This document shows, in pieces, positions 1 to 13,606 of a DNA stretch of 62,399 bases. The notes beneath the pieces were generated by a model, which was not told the origin of the DNA, searched no databases, and saw only the letters and a list, made by a program, of their open reading frames with translations. Made by a program: the position numbers and the translations under genes. Numbering within the stretch: position 1 is the first letter of the stretch; each line of letters starts with the position of its first letter. Source of the stretch: Blastocystis sp. subtype 4 (lineage: Eukaryota); NCBI RefSeq assembly GCF_000743755.1, contig NW_014569521.1, forward strand, positions 1 through 62,399. The letters are read 5' to 3'.

Positions 1-250
1 CGTGTCTGTTGCTGTGGAGGCTGATTCTGCTGTGTTCCAGATGTACACTGGTGGTGTTGTCGATAGCACTGCTTGTGGAACCTCTCTGAACCACGGAGTG
101 CTCGCTGTCGGTTACACTGATGAGTACTGGATTGTCAAGAACTCCTGGGGTCCTAGCTGGGGTGATAAGGGATACATCAAGATTGCCTACAAGGCTACTG
201 GAGCCGGTATTTGCGGTATTAACCAGATGAACTCTTACCCTACTTTCTAA
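1..250 (+). CDS. Papain-family (C1A) cysteine protease, 3' part
   Basis: [10 protein letters not shown] (catalytic His) and YWIVKNSWG (catalytic Asn); TAA at 248-250; TGTTTGTT at 275-282. Confidence 0.95.
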   Translation, partial: VSVAVEADSAVFQMYTGGVVDSTACGTSLNHGVLAVGYTDEYWIVKNSWGPSWGDKGYIKIAYKATGAGICGINQMNSYPTF

Positions 251-317
251 GTCCTTTGACTGCAGAGTAGTGATTGTTTGTTTACACTAGACGTTGTCTG
301 ATTTGAACAAAGATGTA

Positions 318-1770
318 ATACTTCAAATAACTCTAGATTGAGAATGCGGAAAAACTCTTCTTTATACAACGGTTCGTTGGCGAATACCTCACTCTTCTGA
401 CTGTAGGACTTGAGGAAGTCAGAAGAAATGTATAAACTGATTCCCTCCTTTCCTCCCGCTCCTATCAATACATATTCCTCTGTTGATCGAATATACACAA
501 ACCGAGGTTCTCCTTCTGGAGTGGACACTCCTCTCCACCATTTCATTGTCTTTGTTGCATTATCTCGAGAAAAGAGAATTGTACTGCTTTCTCCAAAACT
601 ACTGCTTTGATTTATCCATTCGTCTTCACGATATACACCGAGGAGTACATCCGCCAATTCAATCAACAAAAGTGTTGGTTTATACGCTTTTGCATGATGA
701 AAAAGATGAGTAAGACGATATCCATCTTCTGATGAAGTATATAAGAGAGAGGGCGTATGAAGGGCAACCTCTTTAGGAAGAAAGGTCAAAATATCTTTCC
801 AAATCTCTCTTGTTAATAAGTGGCTTCGTGGAATATCTTGAAAGAATCGGTATTCATCTTTCTGTACAACCTTCATCGTTTTTATGTTTATTTGTATCTG
901 TCCTTTCAATGTACCCCATTGTTTCCACAATACACTTGCATTCATTGCAGCTGTTCGATAGTCCTCAGTCTCCATGCACAAGAATAAGATCCCTTCCTCA
1001 ATATAACAGTCAAAGAATGGGAATAGCTGAGAACTTGGATGCAAGTCCAAATGAAAGGTACAGAGTGTGTGATAGATGGATTCCTGTCGACTACCTTCGA
1101 TATTGAGTACTAATGTGGACAATGCTCAGTATCAATCTACCTCTCAAAAGGGCGTCAAAGGTAGCTCTATCGTCAACTAACCACTTCTCTCGAAGTGCAG
1201 CTGTTTCGAGGATATAACTAAGAATCTAAATAACAGAAGAGTAAGAGGGATTTACGAAATAGGTTTCAGCTTCCGAAAAGAGAAGTTGAAGCATGAGAAT
1301 GAAAGGAGGAATCATAGGACACCAGAGAATATCATTTAGTTGGTGGAGTAGAATCATAATTCGAATTGCCTTCTTTCGTTCTTCCTCATCCACATCGGCC
1401 AGCAAAGAAGCAACAAAAGAGGATCCAAATGTCGGAAACTACTCATTAACAACCAATTCAATTCGTTACAATAGAATAATCAATCGTAGAGGATGCGAAG
1501 ACGGCTTTCATCACGCCAGCATATCGAATCGAAACCTTTCGTAAGGGTCCATTCTCAATATCCAGATTCATTGCTCGAATCCATAGTTCTCGTCCTAATT
1601 CTCATTCTTCTGAAATAACCAAACGATTCTCTTCTGTTGCCCGTTCACAGAGGAGTGGCTCAAGGACTGGTTGCAATTCCTATCAACATCACTCATTTTC
1701 TTCAACCAACATATTCCTCGACATCTTCGTTATTTTGATCTCTTCCACAACAGGATTTGAAGAGTGTCAT
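318..1770 (-). CDS. TLDc-domain protein, multi-exon, possibly with a TBC-like N-terminus
   Basis: LLYTSSEDGYRL, FGESSTILFS, IGAGG, SEVFANEPL and LNLELFEV are TLDc-type motifs. ATG inferred at 1770. Stop predicted from T318 plus poly(A). Confidence 0.75.
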
Positions 1771-1787
1771 TAGGTTTGGAAGAGAGA

Positions 1788-2514
1788 TTAGAACAAAGAA
1801 TGACAATCACTCCAACTTGCTTCACTACTATCACTCTCAGTATCTGAAGAGTTGGATTTATCGATATGTATCCTCTTATTTTCAACTTCTATAGGAGGTT
1901 CCTCTCTCTTTACGGTTTCTTTCTTTGTTGCATATAATTTGGTTTGTTCTCGGGCCTTCTTTATAAATAGATTATTATTCTTTAGATACTCCTCTGACTA
2001 CAAGTCATTTGTCTGGAAAGAATGAACAATATCAACCATTAGTGGATCTAATGGATTGGGCGAGGACATTAATAACCGCAGAGACGTCAGTAATACACAG
2101 ATATTGATTGATGGCTGCCAATTACCCTATACATTATCTAGACAACAAACAACCAACTGATGGAGGCATTTTCAAGAGATCTAGACAGATTCTACCAGTA
2201 CTATCGATATTTGGATGGTAAATAGGTGTTATAAAACGCAACTTAGGAGGTTCGAACGGATACCTTGTTGGTAAAGATAGCATCAACTCAAATACTCCTC
2301 CTTCATATGGAGAGTCTTCGGGTCCTGTGACTTCTATGTCTTTTGACAGAAATGAACCGCATACCCGCTTTATATTCATATAGACTATCATCTACAGGAT
2401 AGACACAAATCCCTGCATGTTAGCGCCATGTTCAGATATACCTGGAGGAGGATTGAATATGAACATTTTGCGTTCCTTCATAATTCGTGCATTAAAGGCA
2501 GACGATACACTCAT
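1788..2514 (-). CDS. UBE2T: Ubiquitin-conjugating enzyme E2, UBE2T-like
   Basis: [35 protein letters not shown] then GNWQPSINI and SPNPLDPLM, with a charged C-terminal tail. Genomic TAA at 1788-1790, but the 3' motif predicts TG+A at 1805-1804. Confidence 0.85.
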
Positions 2515-2623
2515 TTGTTTTCGAGATTGAGATAGACACTGATTTCTTCAATTCCAGGAATATATATGAAGTGAGTTATTCCAGAAATCTGAGATTCGTC
2601 CATTCTTCATCAGATCTCAAATT

Positions 2624-4217
2624 ATGCTTTCGTCCATCATCTGTACCTCTAGGAATCCCATAGTACCAATAGAAGGAAGGGATTGTTATGATTAGTGTCG
2701 TTCGTTTTCGCAGCATGTAATTAAGGAAAGCTACATACCAATTAAACGAATTCTAAAGCAGAGTGCAGGTGAAAAGGTGACGATTCAAGGTTGGGTGCGT
2801 TCTAAACGTGTATTTAAGGATTTTTCCTTTGTAGTTGTCAATGATGGGTCGAATATGAATGGAATTCAAGTATTATATGGATTGTGTTTTCATGGTTAGT
2901 GTGTTCTACCAAATACCTCTGCTCATGATATCACTACGGGTAGCAGTATCTGTTTGAAAGGTATTCTGAAGGAAGCTGTATCATCAAAGCATCAGGATGG
3001 TTTAGAATTGCATGTTGATTCCTATTCCATTTTTGGTAACTGTGACCAAGAAACGTATCCCTTACAAAAGAAGGTACAAGTGGAAGGGAATGATCATCAC
3101 TAGTTCCACAGTCCTGAGTTTCTACGTACAATTCCGCATCTTCGACCACGAACAAATCTTCAAGGAGTGGTTCTCCGTATGAGAAACACCATTTGCCAGA
3201 GTATCCATTCTTCACTCCAACAAGAGGACTTTATTCAAGTGATGACTCCTATTATTACTTCCAACGATTGTGAGGGCGCAGGAGAAATGTTTTCGTATCA
3301 TTGCCTTGTTAATCTCATTCAGAGTTGTCGGAGACAAAACAGATTTTCAATCCTTCTTCAATACTTCGGCCTATCTAACCGTATCAGGGCAATTACAAGC
3401 AGAAATGATGGCAGAAGCTATGACTCGAGTATATACGTTTGGACCAGCTTTTCGAGCCGAGAATTCAAATACAACCAGACATCTATGCGAGTTCTGGATG
3501 GTAGAACCGGAAATGTGTTTTGCGACGATGGATGATCTGAAGCAGTTGGCTATCCATGTCATTTCGACTGTGGCTACAAATCTACTCACAAAGTGTCAGG
3601 AAGATCTCTCATTCTTATCCCAACGTATTGACAAGGAGTTACCCTATCAGTTATCTACTCTACAGAATAAGGATAATTATTGTCATTTGACGTACTCTGA
3701 AGCAATTTCAATTCTCACCCGCAAAGGAATGCATTTTGAGGTTCCTGTGAAGTGGGGAATTGACCTTCAATCAGAACATGAACGATTCCTCTGTGAGCAA
3801 TATTGCCAGAATAAGCCTCTTTTCCTAACTGACTATCCTGAGGCTATTAAGCCTTTCTACATGAAAGCAAATCCTGATGGAAAGACGGTAGCTGCTGTGG
3901 ATCTGCTGGTCCCGCGGATCGTTGGTATGAGAATGGAGATTGATGACTAGGGAGAGATCATAGGAGGATCCATGAGAGAAGATGACTATGATGCCTTAGA
4001 AGGTCGGATGCTGTCAAAGGGGTTGCTTTCAGAAGATTATCGAACGGGGAGGAGTGTAAAGAATTTGGATTGGTATCTAGATCTGAGGAAGTATGGAAGT
4101 GTTCCACATGGAGGTTGGGGTTTGGGATTAGAACGTTTAATTGAATTATGCACAGGAGTTCAAAACATCCGTGATACCATTCCTGTCCCACGTGTACCTG
4201 GAATCTGTTTGCTTTAG
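2624..4217 (+). CDS. NARS2: Asparaginyl-tRNA synthetase, organellar type
   Basis: [42 protein letters not shown] and [16 protein letters not shown]; spliced N-terminus [18 protein letters not shown] resembles a presequence; several ~30-nt introns. Confidence 0.93.
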
Positions 4218-4238
4218 AGCGTATTTGTAAGAAACAAG

Positions 4239-4859
4239 TTATTCGGACTTTTCAGTCTTTTCTGGCGACTTCTTTGTACACTTCATGATACCACCAACGA
4301 TCCATAGAAGAATGTATGAACCGAAGAAAGCTACACTAAATACCTTTCATATCTCCTACCACAAGCAATCATAATCAGAATTCCAGTCCAGTCCCAACTA
4401 CCATAGGTAGATGCAAATTTATAAACAGCATCATCCTTATTAAGAGTACTGAAATACTCAACAATACGATCATAGTCCTCTGGATGGGTTTCATTCAAAT
4501 ACTGCTTGAGATCTGGCATGATAGGCTCTTCGAAGTCATAAAGCAGTCTCCAATGACAACCGTTCCACATAAACTCCTGGACCAATTTCTAGGTATAAAG
4601 CAACCCAAACGATTATTACAACACATTCCTTGCGTTTGTCGTCACTTTCCGCTTCTAGATCTTTGAAATAGTCTATAGGACACTGAGTCATCATTTCCCC
4701 AGTAGTATTAGCATATTTGTCAACAAAGGTTCGGTAAGTTGAAGATTCTCCATGAAAAGCACCAGGACATGGAGTTTCGTACTTCTTAATCCGGGTCGTA
4801 GAATCTTCACAAAGAACTACAGAAGCAATCAAAAGAAGAATCAAGGAACGCCAGTACAT
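4239..4859 (-). CDS. Hypothetical secreted protein, multi-exon
   Basis: Signal-peptide-like MYWRSLILLLIASVVLC; exon ORFs 4536-4859 and 4331-4585; TAA at 4239-4241 next to the 3' motif. Confidence 0.6.
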
Positions 4860-5402
4860 AAATCAATAAAGAAATGAGTGGAATACGGGCTCGTGAGCAT
4901 ACGGAAAAGGACGATCTGATTGGCTGAAGAAGCTCAAGATTCTTTCCTATGACGGTTCTTCGTGAATTCTGGCGAGAAGTTAGTGAATTCCCGGTTTTTA
5001 GAAGTGTGAAGCTTTCTTCTTGATATATGGTAATCCTCACATAGAAGTGTTGTAATGAGATCAATAGTCTCTCAGAGGGTATCTTGGATGAATATAACCT
5101 TGAATGAAGTTAAAAGTGAGAAATGGAAGTAAATGGTACACCACTTTTCAGGAACTCATAGACTCGTTTAGTCGATATGAAGATGGACATTTCATCTTTG
5201 TTCAATGGATTCACCTTATTTCTATCTGCCTGTTTTCATTGTAATTTCTATCAGTTATCTCTTTCTTGTGGTGAAAACAACAAATCAGCAAATCCAGGGG
5301 ATAGATTCACTGTAGATTATATTCTTTTCAGTCAATTCGTACCCCTCCTCTTATTCTCTTATATCAATAGAGAGTTATAAACTTCCGTTGTGTAGTCAGA
5401 GA

Positions 5403-5975
5403 ATGTCATCTGAAGTTGCTCGTTCTGTTCAGGCCTTTGGACGTAAGGTTGGTACTTTCTTCTTGTAGAAGGAGCCATTCTAACGCTCTGTAGAAGACTG
5501 CTGTTGCCGTTGCTCATTGTAAACAAGGCAAGGGTGTTATGAAGCTGAATGGCCAGCCAATTGACATTATGCAGCCCGAGTGTTTGAAGATGAAAGCCCT
5601 TGAGCCTGTTCTTCTCCTTGGTGCCGAGAGATTTGCTCATCTCGATATCCGAATCACTGTAAAGGGAGGAGGTCGTGTTGCTCAGATTTATGGTACGACT
5701 TGTTGTAGTTTCTCATTTCAGCTATTCGTCAGGCTATTTCAAGAGCTATTGTTGCTTTCTACCAGAAGTGTAGGGTTAAAGAATGTGGATAAGGGGTAGT
5801 TGTTGATGAGCAGGCCAAGCGTGAGATCAAGGACATTTTAGTCAGCTATGATCGTTCTCTGATTGCTGTTGGTAAGAGTGAGGCATTGTTATGAGACCCA
5901 GATCCTCGTCGCTGTGAGCCCAAGAAGTACGGTGGTCCATCTGCTCGTGCTCGTTACCAGAAGTCTTACCGATAA
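5403..5975 (+). CDS. RPS16: 40S ribosomal protein S16 (uS9)
   Basis: Spliced [33 protein letters not shown] and [24 protein letters not shown]. Confidence 0.97.
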
Positions 5976-6039
5976 ACACGGCGGTTTAGATACAATGGAA
6001 GTCATTCAGTGGATTGTTTATTCGAGTAAAAAGAGTATG

Positions 6040-7345
6040 TTACAGGTTTGTGTATGCCCATGGAAGCTGATAAACAAGACAGCACGACGGAACCGAATCC
6101 TCTCCAAAATGTCTTTGTCCGGTTCCACACACCAGAAGGGGATTGTATGGATGAAAGCAAGAACATGGAATGGCATCAGAATACACTTGTTGGTGGTATA
6201 CGACACTTCCTGTCGTAGTGTTCCAGATCGAGATATATCCTTCCGTGTCACCTGAAGACATCCACTGTTCATTTGCTGAGAGGGAGAATTCTAGTTTCTA
6301 CTGATGATCCAATCGATGCACACTTACCTGCTGCGTCTGACTGGTTCGATATACTGAATAAACTGGGTTGTCCATATTTCGACGATCGAAACACTTGATA
6401 TTCCCAGTAAACCGCTCGTTGACAAAAACATAGGGAAGAGATGTCATCAGTCGAACTTCGTGAACCCCTCGAGGAGCTACTTGAGAACTCCAAGCAATTG
6501 GATTTTCATAGCCAAGAAGCCGTGCATCGAGGAGCGAAAGTACTCCATCAAATGTACCAAACTAGCATTAAGAGAATGATGAGATGTTACAGCAATACAT
6601 GATGAATAATCATCGTCAATAGTGGAAACAATGCCAGGAATATCGGAAACAGAACACACTTCTCTTCCTGGTCGTTCCAGTTCAAAAACTCGAATGCATC
6701 TAATAGGTAGTTCGATCACACAGAGTACTTCTTGTAGCCGCCGAGAAGGTTCTGTCCATCTCGTAGAATCCTACAACTCAAAGCAGTCATGACTTGGTCT
6801 AAATGGTCATATGCTACTGGTTACAGGGAGATCGAAACGATACAGATATAGTTGCTTGTTGAGCCTGTTGTCACATCCCATAAACGAATGGGAGTATCTT
6901 TGCAGCAACTAACAAAACACTCAATGTCGAGTCGTGGAACCCTATCTCTTATCACCCCATTCTACTCAAACCAATCCATTCCATACACAATTTCAGTGTG
7001 GTTGAACGAATATTTTTCAGATAGCGTTTCTGGAACAGTTGGATTCTCTTTTGCCTCCTCACATCCCCAGAAATCAACACTACGCAAATCGATATATCGA
7101 ATCATTCCATCTTCTGTCGAATATAAAAATGAACATCCATTTGGCGACATCCGAATCGATTTGACAAAGTTATCGGGATACAATGGGTTTACACCTGCTA
7201 TATCCACTGCATATCGTAATCGCATCTTCTTAGAAAAATCATACTGCCAATTCATCCAAGATGAAGTCGATGTTTCACCTTCCCAATTCTGTTTTGCTCC
7301 ATTAGCATCTTCTGACTGAATAGCATCCTGGACTTCAGTCATCAT
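6040..7345 (-). CDS. WRAP53: WD40 protein, telomerase Cajal body protein 1-like
   Basis: EIVYGMDW, SCKDTPIRLWD, AYDHLDQV, IRVFELERPGRE and FHPYNPLLVCGTGQRHF match remembered TCAB1/WRAP53 blocks. Confidence 0.8.
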
Positions 7346-7485
7346 TAAGTTGCGTTAGAGCAATCCTGAGTAACCGAAAACGGAGGAATTTCTGGAATCC
7401 ACTCATAATTCACCAAAAACACACTTCAATTAAGGGAGCAGGGAGTTTCATTGTGATTTCAGTCGCAAGGATTTGAAATGTCAAA

Positions 7486-8362
7486 ATGTCAGATTCTGAC
7501 TCGGACGACTTGTTTGTATTTGCAGGGAAGAATAAAATACAAGAGAAATGTGGATACAACGATGATCGGTTTATGAGTAGTTAAGAAGGTTTTGCCTGCT
7601 TCTGAGGATATTGTCGTGAATGAAAAGTCTATTTTCAATAGTGATGAGGAAGAAGAGCCTTACCCTGTTCAGAGAGGCCAAAAGCGAAAAAGAGTTGCAT
7701 CGGGCTCTTTTGAAGTTGAGGAAATTCCGGATAAGAATTCGAAATTCGATCCTCAACAGTTCCTCGCTCAAATTGAAAATGCTTCTCAATTGGAAGCCAA
7801 AAACCGATTTTCGGAGTTAAAAATTGTAGAGTATTCATTGGGGTGGAGTATTAAGGATTAGTGCCATTGATCGTGATGCTAGTCTGTTGATAAATAAGAT
7901 TGATCAAACCCAAAAGGCTCTAGAAATAAATCGGCAGATTCGACTGCAGAATATAGAGATGGTTTCGCAACAGCCTTTACCACAGTCTTCTCGTCTCTCA
8001 AAACTCTCTGTAGTCTCAAACAATGTCGAGATTCTGAAGGATGAGGATGAGAGGCAGGCGCTAGATGGTCATTGTCGAGAAGTTGAAGGAAAAGTAACAC
8101 TAATTCTTCGAATCGGAGAAGAAGAACGTCGAGTTGTTGTGCGCATGCCACGAGTAGTTATGGAGATATTGGTTCATTGTAGAGTTGTCATTTTGGGGAA
8201 TTACTGGCAATTCTTCCTTCTTGTGGGTGTGCCAACGGTTCTGTCTTGTTTGATGGTGAAAAACTAAATCCGAAGTCAACACCAGAAGTTGGAAAGCACT
8301 TGTATTGTGATGTATAGACTCTGGATGTCGAAGATGGTGATATATTCGATGTGGAATTGTGA
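7486..8362 (+). CDS. Rad60/Esc2/NIP45-like protein with C-terminal SUMO-like domain
   Basis: Acidic N-terminus (MSDSDSDDLFVF); spliced C-terminus LFDGEKLNPKSTPE.TLDVEDGDIFDVEL* lacks a di-glycine, as in Rad60-type SUMO-like domains. Confidence 0.7.
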
Positions 8363-8411
8363 TGTACTTTTAGTTGTGTGTTTGTTTGAATTATTTTTTC
8401 GTGCCAGCTGA

Positions 8412-9359
8412 ATGGCCTCCCTATTCGAAACAATTGAAAAGGGATTAGAAAGCTGGGGTTTCGATTTATGCCAACCATTTGAAAGTACTTTAAGTATTTG
8501 TATTTGACTTGTAGTTGAAGATTACAATGAGAATGTAAGTGGTATATATAAGATTCCATCCATGGGTCGTGAAAATACGCTTGCTGTATTAGTTGGTACT
8601 TAATTTATGCATATTTCAGTTTTAGGGAATTCAAGAAACATATGGGAGCATTTTATTGAGCGACTTGCAGAAGATGAAAGTCTTTACAAGGAAGATAATC
8701 CCTTGGATGCTTACACGAAAATGGCAATTCAGTCTGTTGTAGCAAAGTTACATGTGCGAACATGCGTGTACTATACCTGTGATTCTCGAACAGTTCCTTT
8801 CTTAGACTACCAACTTATTGCAGAAGTATGCTCGAGTTGTGAACTTGAATTGTAGATATCGGGAATGTGTATTAGGAGTTATTACAGCAAGATGTGCTAT
8901 CATCACAAATATGGTCATTGGATTGGCCTTCGTGCAGTTATTGTTTTAGATCATACATATATATACAATTTATCATCCAAGCATATGGTTGATTTTGAGA
9001 TTTGCAAGAGTTTATTATTCGTTAATGGAATGAAGAATAGAATGCGATCTGAAATATGGCGAAATGCTTGATGAGCTGTGCAAGGATAAAGAAATGATGA
9101 ATCGGTATCGAGTAGTAGTGTTCCTTTGGTTTCATTATAGGACCCAGCCACATGGCGTAGTTGGTTAGCACTACGCACGATCTGTACCCACAACCAATAT
9201 AATTATACCTATGAAGAAGCATGCTATCATTACAGCAAGAATCGACGAGTTCTCGAAAGTGAAGTACAGAGGTATAGGCAAGGCACATTTAAGCCAAACT
9301 ATGATTGGTTAGAAGCATACAATCGAGATCCAGAACATTATCGGGTGAATGATTTCTAG
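8412..9359 (+). CDS. MMACHC/CblC-like cobalamin-processing protein
   Basis: GFDLCQPF, TLAVL, GNSRNIWEHF, NPLDAY, CYHHKYGHWIGLRAVIVLD and WRSWLALR..CYHY; TAG at 9357-9359. Confidence 0.72.
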
Positions 9360-9362
9360 TGG

Positions 9363-9377
9363 TGTTTGTAAGAAACA
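9363..9377. terminator. Bidirectional 3'-end processing dyad TGTTT-N5-AAACA
   Basis: TGTTTGTAAGAAACA between convergent genes; each half lies 4 nt from a stop or partial stop. Confidence 0.7.
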
Positions 9378-9381
9378 TGGA

Positions 9382-9936
9382 ATTGCTTCTCTTCTTCCTC
9401 TTTGAGTTCTTTGTATCTCATTCGATACATTTCGGTAACATAAATCTCCCACACCTATGTATAAACCCTTTTGAAAAAGTTTACCTCGATTATTACAATC
9501 ACCAACAGACTGAAGAAGAGAGCAAAAGGAGTACCGCGAGGTCTGCAGCTAGTGTTCCATATCTCCTTTTCATTCTTAACAATCATGGAAGTTGTGCACT
9601 TAGGCCAATTGGTGAACAAGGACATGGCACAGATAATGATGACTGTAATAAACGTAATCAAATACCTCCACCGAAGGTACTACAGTGAACAAGAATCGAA
9701 ACAAATACAATGTCAACACGACCAATTGAGGGATTGTTGTTGAAGGATGTTGCCATGACGGTAAATCCAATTAGAGGGATTCCCACAATAGAGATACAAT
9801 AGAGAATGGTTTCAATAATACCGATGTAGTACAAATACTTGGAATAGGAAAGAAGATCTACCACACGTTCATTAGTAAGGTTAAAGAACGTAAGGCGTCC
9901 ACGTTTTTGCTGTTGATTGTCTTGTTTGTCCTCCAT
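9382..9936 (-). CDS. Hypothetical multi-pass membrane protein
   Basis: Several hydrophobic segments; 30-nt intron at 9455-9484; last exon VWEIYVTEMYRMRYKELKEEEEKQ ends at T9382, 4 nt before TGTTTCTT. Confidence 0.6.
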
Positions 9937-10009
9937 AGGGATAAATGAGCAACTTGACAAGCGAAGAAATGACACGTCATTGACAACAAACATGAAATCA
10001 CAAATGGTA

Positions 10010-10990
10010 TCACTGCTCCTCCGCACTCTGACGGAGCTGCTCAATCACCATCTCACAAGCAGCATATACATGAGGAAGCGATCCTGTCACATCAACACGA
10101 CGTTCTTCAACTCCTTTAGCATGCTTACTAATTGAGATCTGGGTACTGGTCTCAGTACGAATCTTGTTAATGGTCTCTCCAGATTTACCAATAATGGATC
10201 CAACGCGTTTATTCGGGACCAAAAAGGATAACATAGTATCAACATCTGCCGATTTTCTTCTACAAATCAAACAAATCTATCTCACTCACAAAGAAGCAGT
10301 AGGGTCATTCACATCATCGTCTGATACCAACTTCGGGTTCAGAGCCATCACAAGTGTCTTTGAAAAGCTATCGGATCGAAGCAAGGAATTTGGATCAATC
10401 ACATTATCGGTAATATTGGTCATACGATGAGGATTGTTATCCGTCCAACCGAGACGTGGCTGAAGAACCATAATACGGTACATAGTGATAAGGAAAGCCT
10501 GAGGAATGCCTAAACGATCTCCCTCAAAAGAGATCATATTCTTGTTCTCAAAGACACCATCCCCATCATGAATAACAATTTTTGCATAGGCAATCTTCCT
10601 CAGATTCTCAATGGCTAATCCACTCTTCCCTATCAACAAAGGGACCATACTAGATGGAATATACAACTCCAACACATAGCGCTTATAAACCTATAGTTCA
10701 TTCCCTCGTCCGACGACAACCTCTCCTCCACGAGTATCAGAAGCATTGGGAACTTCACGAATCAAAACATCCTTCATCACATAGAAGAATTCCAATATTC
10801 GATGGATGGAACCCTCAAGTGTAAGCTACATCGATCAGAACTCCAGAACAAAGACTACTCTCGAAAGATTGTCATCACACGGCTCAATTTCAAAAGCGAT
10901 TCCCTTCTTTTTTACAAGTGCGAGTTCCAGACAATCATCTGAAGTGACAGAAACGGTAGGGATGATAAACGTAAGTGAGAGGGTTGACAT
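10010..10990 (-). CDS. KH-domain RNA-binding protein
   Basis: Two KH motifs: LYIPSSMVPLLIGKSGLAIENLR and FLVPNKRVGSIIGKSGETINKIRTET. Confidence 0.85.
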
Positions 10991-11240
10991 TGAGAGAATG
11001 AGTTCCCAAAATTAAGAGGAATGAAGAACATGAGAATCATTTCCAAGAGAGGGAATTAACGGTTTTCCAACATATTTTGCAGACCCATAATGAATAATGA
11101 GGAATGGCGGGAGTTGGAACGAAACGCCCTTGGAATCCCAAAATCGACCCTTCTTTCAAGCGCGCCCCGCGTATTTCGACGGTTTGGACTCAAATCTGCT
11201 CACCAGGCATTGGATAGAGTTTTGATTTGTATTTACTAGG

Positions 11241-13560
11241 ATGTCTGAACGTGACGCTCATGTAGGTTTTGTTTCTATAAGTGCCTCGTCAAGCGTTTTT
11301 AAACTTGAGTTAATCTTTCTTTAGTTATCTCCAAGGACTCCACTGCATAATGAGAACTCATTGGATGCGTTAATGGGGAATAGGTTACGTAGGTATCATT
11401 AATGGTTGTTTTGGTTTTCTTTGGACTATGGATGATTTCTTTTTAACCTTCCTTAGGAACCCCTCCAACCACCCTCTATGCTACACCCCGTTATGAGGTT
11501 AATGTTGGATTCCGTCAGTTGTACTTATTAATAGATGAACCGTGTCCCAGTTCAGCCCTCTGAATATGCAACACAGTTGCTTCTTTATTGGAAAGGGAGG
11601 ATTAATACAACCTCTCGTGATCTTTTTCTTCCTGTAGATTTTTTGTTGCCAGATTATGTCTAGAATGTTGGAAATGTGATCGGTCGTCAGGTTGTTCAGG
11701 GACTCTATGATGATGCCGTTTTTGTTGTGAACAGTATTCATATCAACAATCTGATAATTCACGATGTCAATAAGTTCGTTTTTGAATAATTGTTGATGTT
11801 AATAGAATGACCTTAGCTATTTATAACTCGGTTCTGTCTTGTATGATGGAAGATGAGATCAAGAGCGGTGTGATTGAGGGAATTCCACGTCTTCTCATGA
11901 ATCGATCCTTTACTTATGCAGTCCTGGCTCTTTGGTTTGTTTTTGATATTCTAGTGATGCATAGTTTCGATACTTCTGTGTATCTCCTCATCAACAATCA
12001 GTTCGACATTCTTCTTCGTTTGGATGCCTTCTCTGTGAAACCCTTTGATGTATTGCGTGTATTAGATCGATATGTTGATAAACTAAACCAACAATCATCG
12101 TTCCTAGTTAATGGTGATGTTCGATCCCATTATACCACTGTAAGACCTGGATATGAATCACAAGCAGATCATTGATAATATTGTTGATTATGCTGTTTGG
12201 GAAAGTAGTAGTGAGGTGTGGAAGTATTTAGGAAGTCCTACACTGAAAGTACGAACTGGTAGCAATGATGATGGATAGAATCGTATTTCTGCAGGTGTGG
12301 AAGTACTAATTCGAAAACTGCTCTTTCTCACATTAACTCACATTAATGAAATTACTTCTCGTCTCAATCTTAAAGAGGAAAACAAAGTGATTATTCGTAC
12401 TAATGTACCATTATTCTCGATTCTTCACTCTAGGCTTGGCATCTCATGAAGCATATCATTCAGAGGAATATTGTGATTCTGAAGGATCGCAATGTTAATT
12501 GCTTAATAATCTGTTCTTTATATGCTATTGCAAAATTGTCCAAGATCGAATTGACATTTGAGCAACTTCTCAATGCTTTTTCTCAAGTATACCCTGCGAA
12601 TACTCAGCGTGTGAAATACAAATTATCCATGCAACAAGAAGGTGTCATCTCGGATGCAACCAAACCACGAGGTAATATCATTGATTTCTATAATGCTATT
12701 TTCGTTGTTACCAATAATGATTATCTTATTGAGATTCGGAATAATATCCAACATTCCAATAATCCCTCAGATTTCTTAACTTCATGTTTGGATAATAAGG
12801 ATCCTTCTCTAACTCCTTCTCTAACAGAGAAACGTCCTTTATCGTTACAAGAGAGTATTATTGAAGAAGCCAAACAGACTCTCTCAAGCATGAGAGATGG
12901 AATCGACACATCTCGAGTAACTCCCGTAGGAATGAAGGAGTAACGATGATTCATAGATGCCTGAAGTAGTCTCTCCCAAGTCAGTGACACCAAATAGCAC
13001 AATTATTCTCGATGATCCGAAATCTCTTCAGAATACCGAAGAACAAGTGAAGGATGTGTTGGCAAAACTAGCCACAATGTCACCAAGTCGTAATCCTCCT
13101 CCTGTGACTGGAAAGATGTCTCGTCCAATGCCTTCATTCAGTCCAGCGACGAGTCCAGTGATGTCTCCTCCCACATCACGACCATCTAGTAATATTGTCT
13201 TAGATTATCAATATGGCCATGTCCTTACGTATGGATAGGAAGGAAAATGAATAATAGAGAACCAAAGAAGAAAGGAGATCATGGGATGCGAACGAGTTTC
13301 TTGCAAGTACAGGAGAATGGGAAGCCGATGACAGAAAAGCAGCTGCAGGAGAATGGTATCCCAATACGGGAAGGAGTAACTCAAGAAAACAATACACCGA
13401 AACCAGAAGATACAACATCGTTGGAAGGGAACAAACCGATTGAGAAGAATACCAGGCAAGAACTGCAGAGTGTAGAACAAGAGTCTATGAGTGGTAATAA
13501 CATGTTTCACTCTTGATTGTAGATCCTGACTCGAAACGAGTAAAAGAAAACACCATGTAA
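11241..13560 (+). CDS. Retinoblastoma-related pocket protein
   Basis: Pocket-A-like (IYNSVLSCMMEDE, LLMNRSF, KPFDVLRVLD) and pocket-B-like (LKDRNVNCLIICSLYAIAK, NIIDFYNAIFV) blocks; many SP/TP sites in the C-terminal region. Confidence 0.8.
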
Positions 13561-13606
13561 TACTATTGACTTTTCTAAAAGAAATTGATTGTTTATAAAG
13601 AAAAGA

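Noticed and set aside
4900..5400. Possible micro-exon gene or ncRNA upstream of RPS16
   Set aside because: Some GT-AG segments and a TCTTTGTT motif are present, but no consistent frame or structure could be built
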